From contig NW_024704742.1 in assembly GCF_018977255.1 (NCBI RefSeq), positions 129,210,001 to 129,274,000 of the forward strand: a stretch of 64,000 nucleotides of DNA. Direction: 5' to 3'. Below are positions 63,565 through 64,000 of the stretch, one piece after another. Positions within the stretch are counted from its first letter, which is position 1; every line of letters begins with the position of its first letter. The position numbers were made by a program, and so were the translations under genes. The notes below the pieces were generated by a model. That model saw only the letters and a program-made list of their open reading frames with translations, did no database searches and was not told the DNA's origin. This stretch comes from Callorhinchus milii. Lineage: Eukaryota.

Positions 63565-64000
63565 ACTTTAATTCACAGGTGTAATGTCATCCCGCCTGGG
63601 CACAAATTGACTGCGAAATTTCCATACAAATGGACAGTCACTACACCTGACAACAATTGCCTATGAAGTTCTTTATGACGCTTTCACATATAATAATCAT
63701 AATCCTTGCATTTGATATAGCACCTTCTCACATCGTTCAGACACACATCATCTGTGAAGTCACACAATGCTGTGAGAATGTAATTTCAGCAACTTGCACT
63801 TATATAGTGCTTTTCACATACAGTAACATCTCTAAGCCTTTACACAGAGCTGAGCAAGGTGGGAAGTTGGGAGGTGGGAGAGGGGGGTGGGTAGGACAGA
63901 GTGAATGCAAGATGAGGTCGAAGAAGCAGGTTTTAAGAAAGGTTTTGAAGAAATGTGGAGGCAGAGCGATTTTGAGAAGGATTTCCAGAGAGCTTCAGTG

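Overview
Repeat-rich vertebrate genomic DNA, most likely from a cartilaginous fish. The tRNA-headed, Deu-domain, L2-tailed SINE, the CR1 tails and the Penelope terminus resemble elements I know from holocephalans/sharks; species assignment is an inference. I could not recognise any cellular protein-coding gene. Nearly all long ORFs are sense or antisense readings of decayed LINEs and SINEs. The window holds three generations of Deu-type SINEs, many L2 and CR1 LINE fragments (largest: CR1 at 16.0-18.3 kb, L2 at 48.5-50.3 kb), a Penelope-like element with a GIY-YIG C-terminus and a minimal hammerhead ribozyme motif, several ancient unclassified repeats, and microsatellites. Unique sequence includes three CpG-retaining promoter-like patches (0-0.5, 27.9-28.4 and 37.4-37.7 kb), two clusters of RFX X-box-like motifs, and scattered splice-signal-bounded segments that may belong to non-coding transcripts. 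The most notable observations are the hammerhead motif, a 41-bp foldback hairpin built of minisatellite units, several locally templated insertions, and a covarying SINE/L2 3' stem-loop. I found no convincing new biological system. Repeat boundaries were set by eye and are approximate, and many small fragments are not listed.
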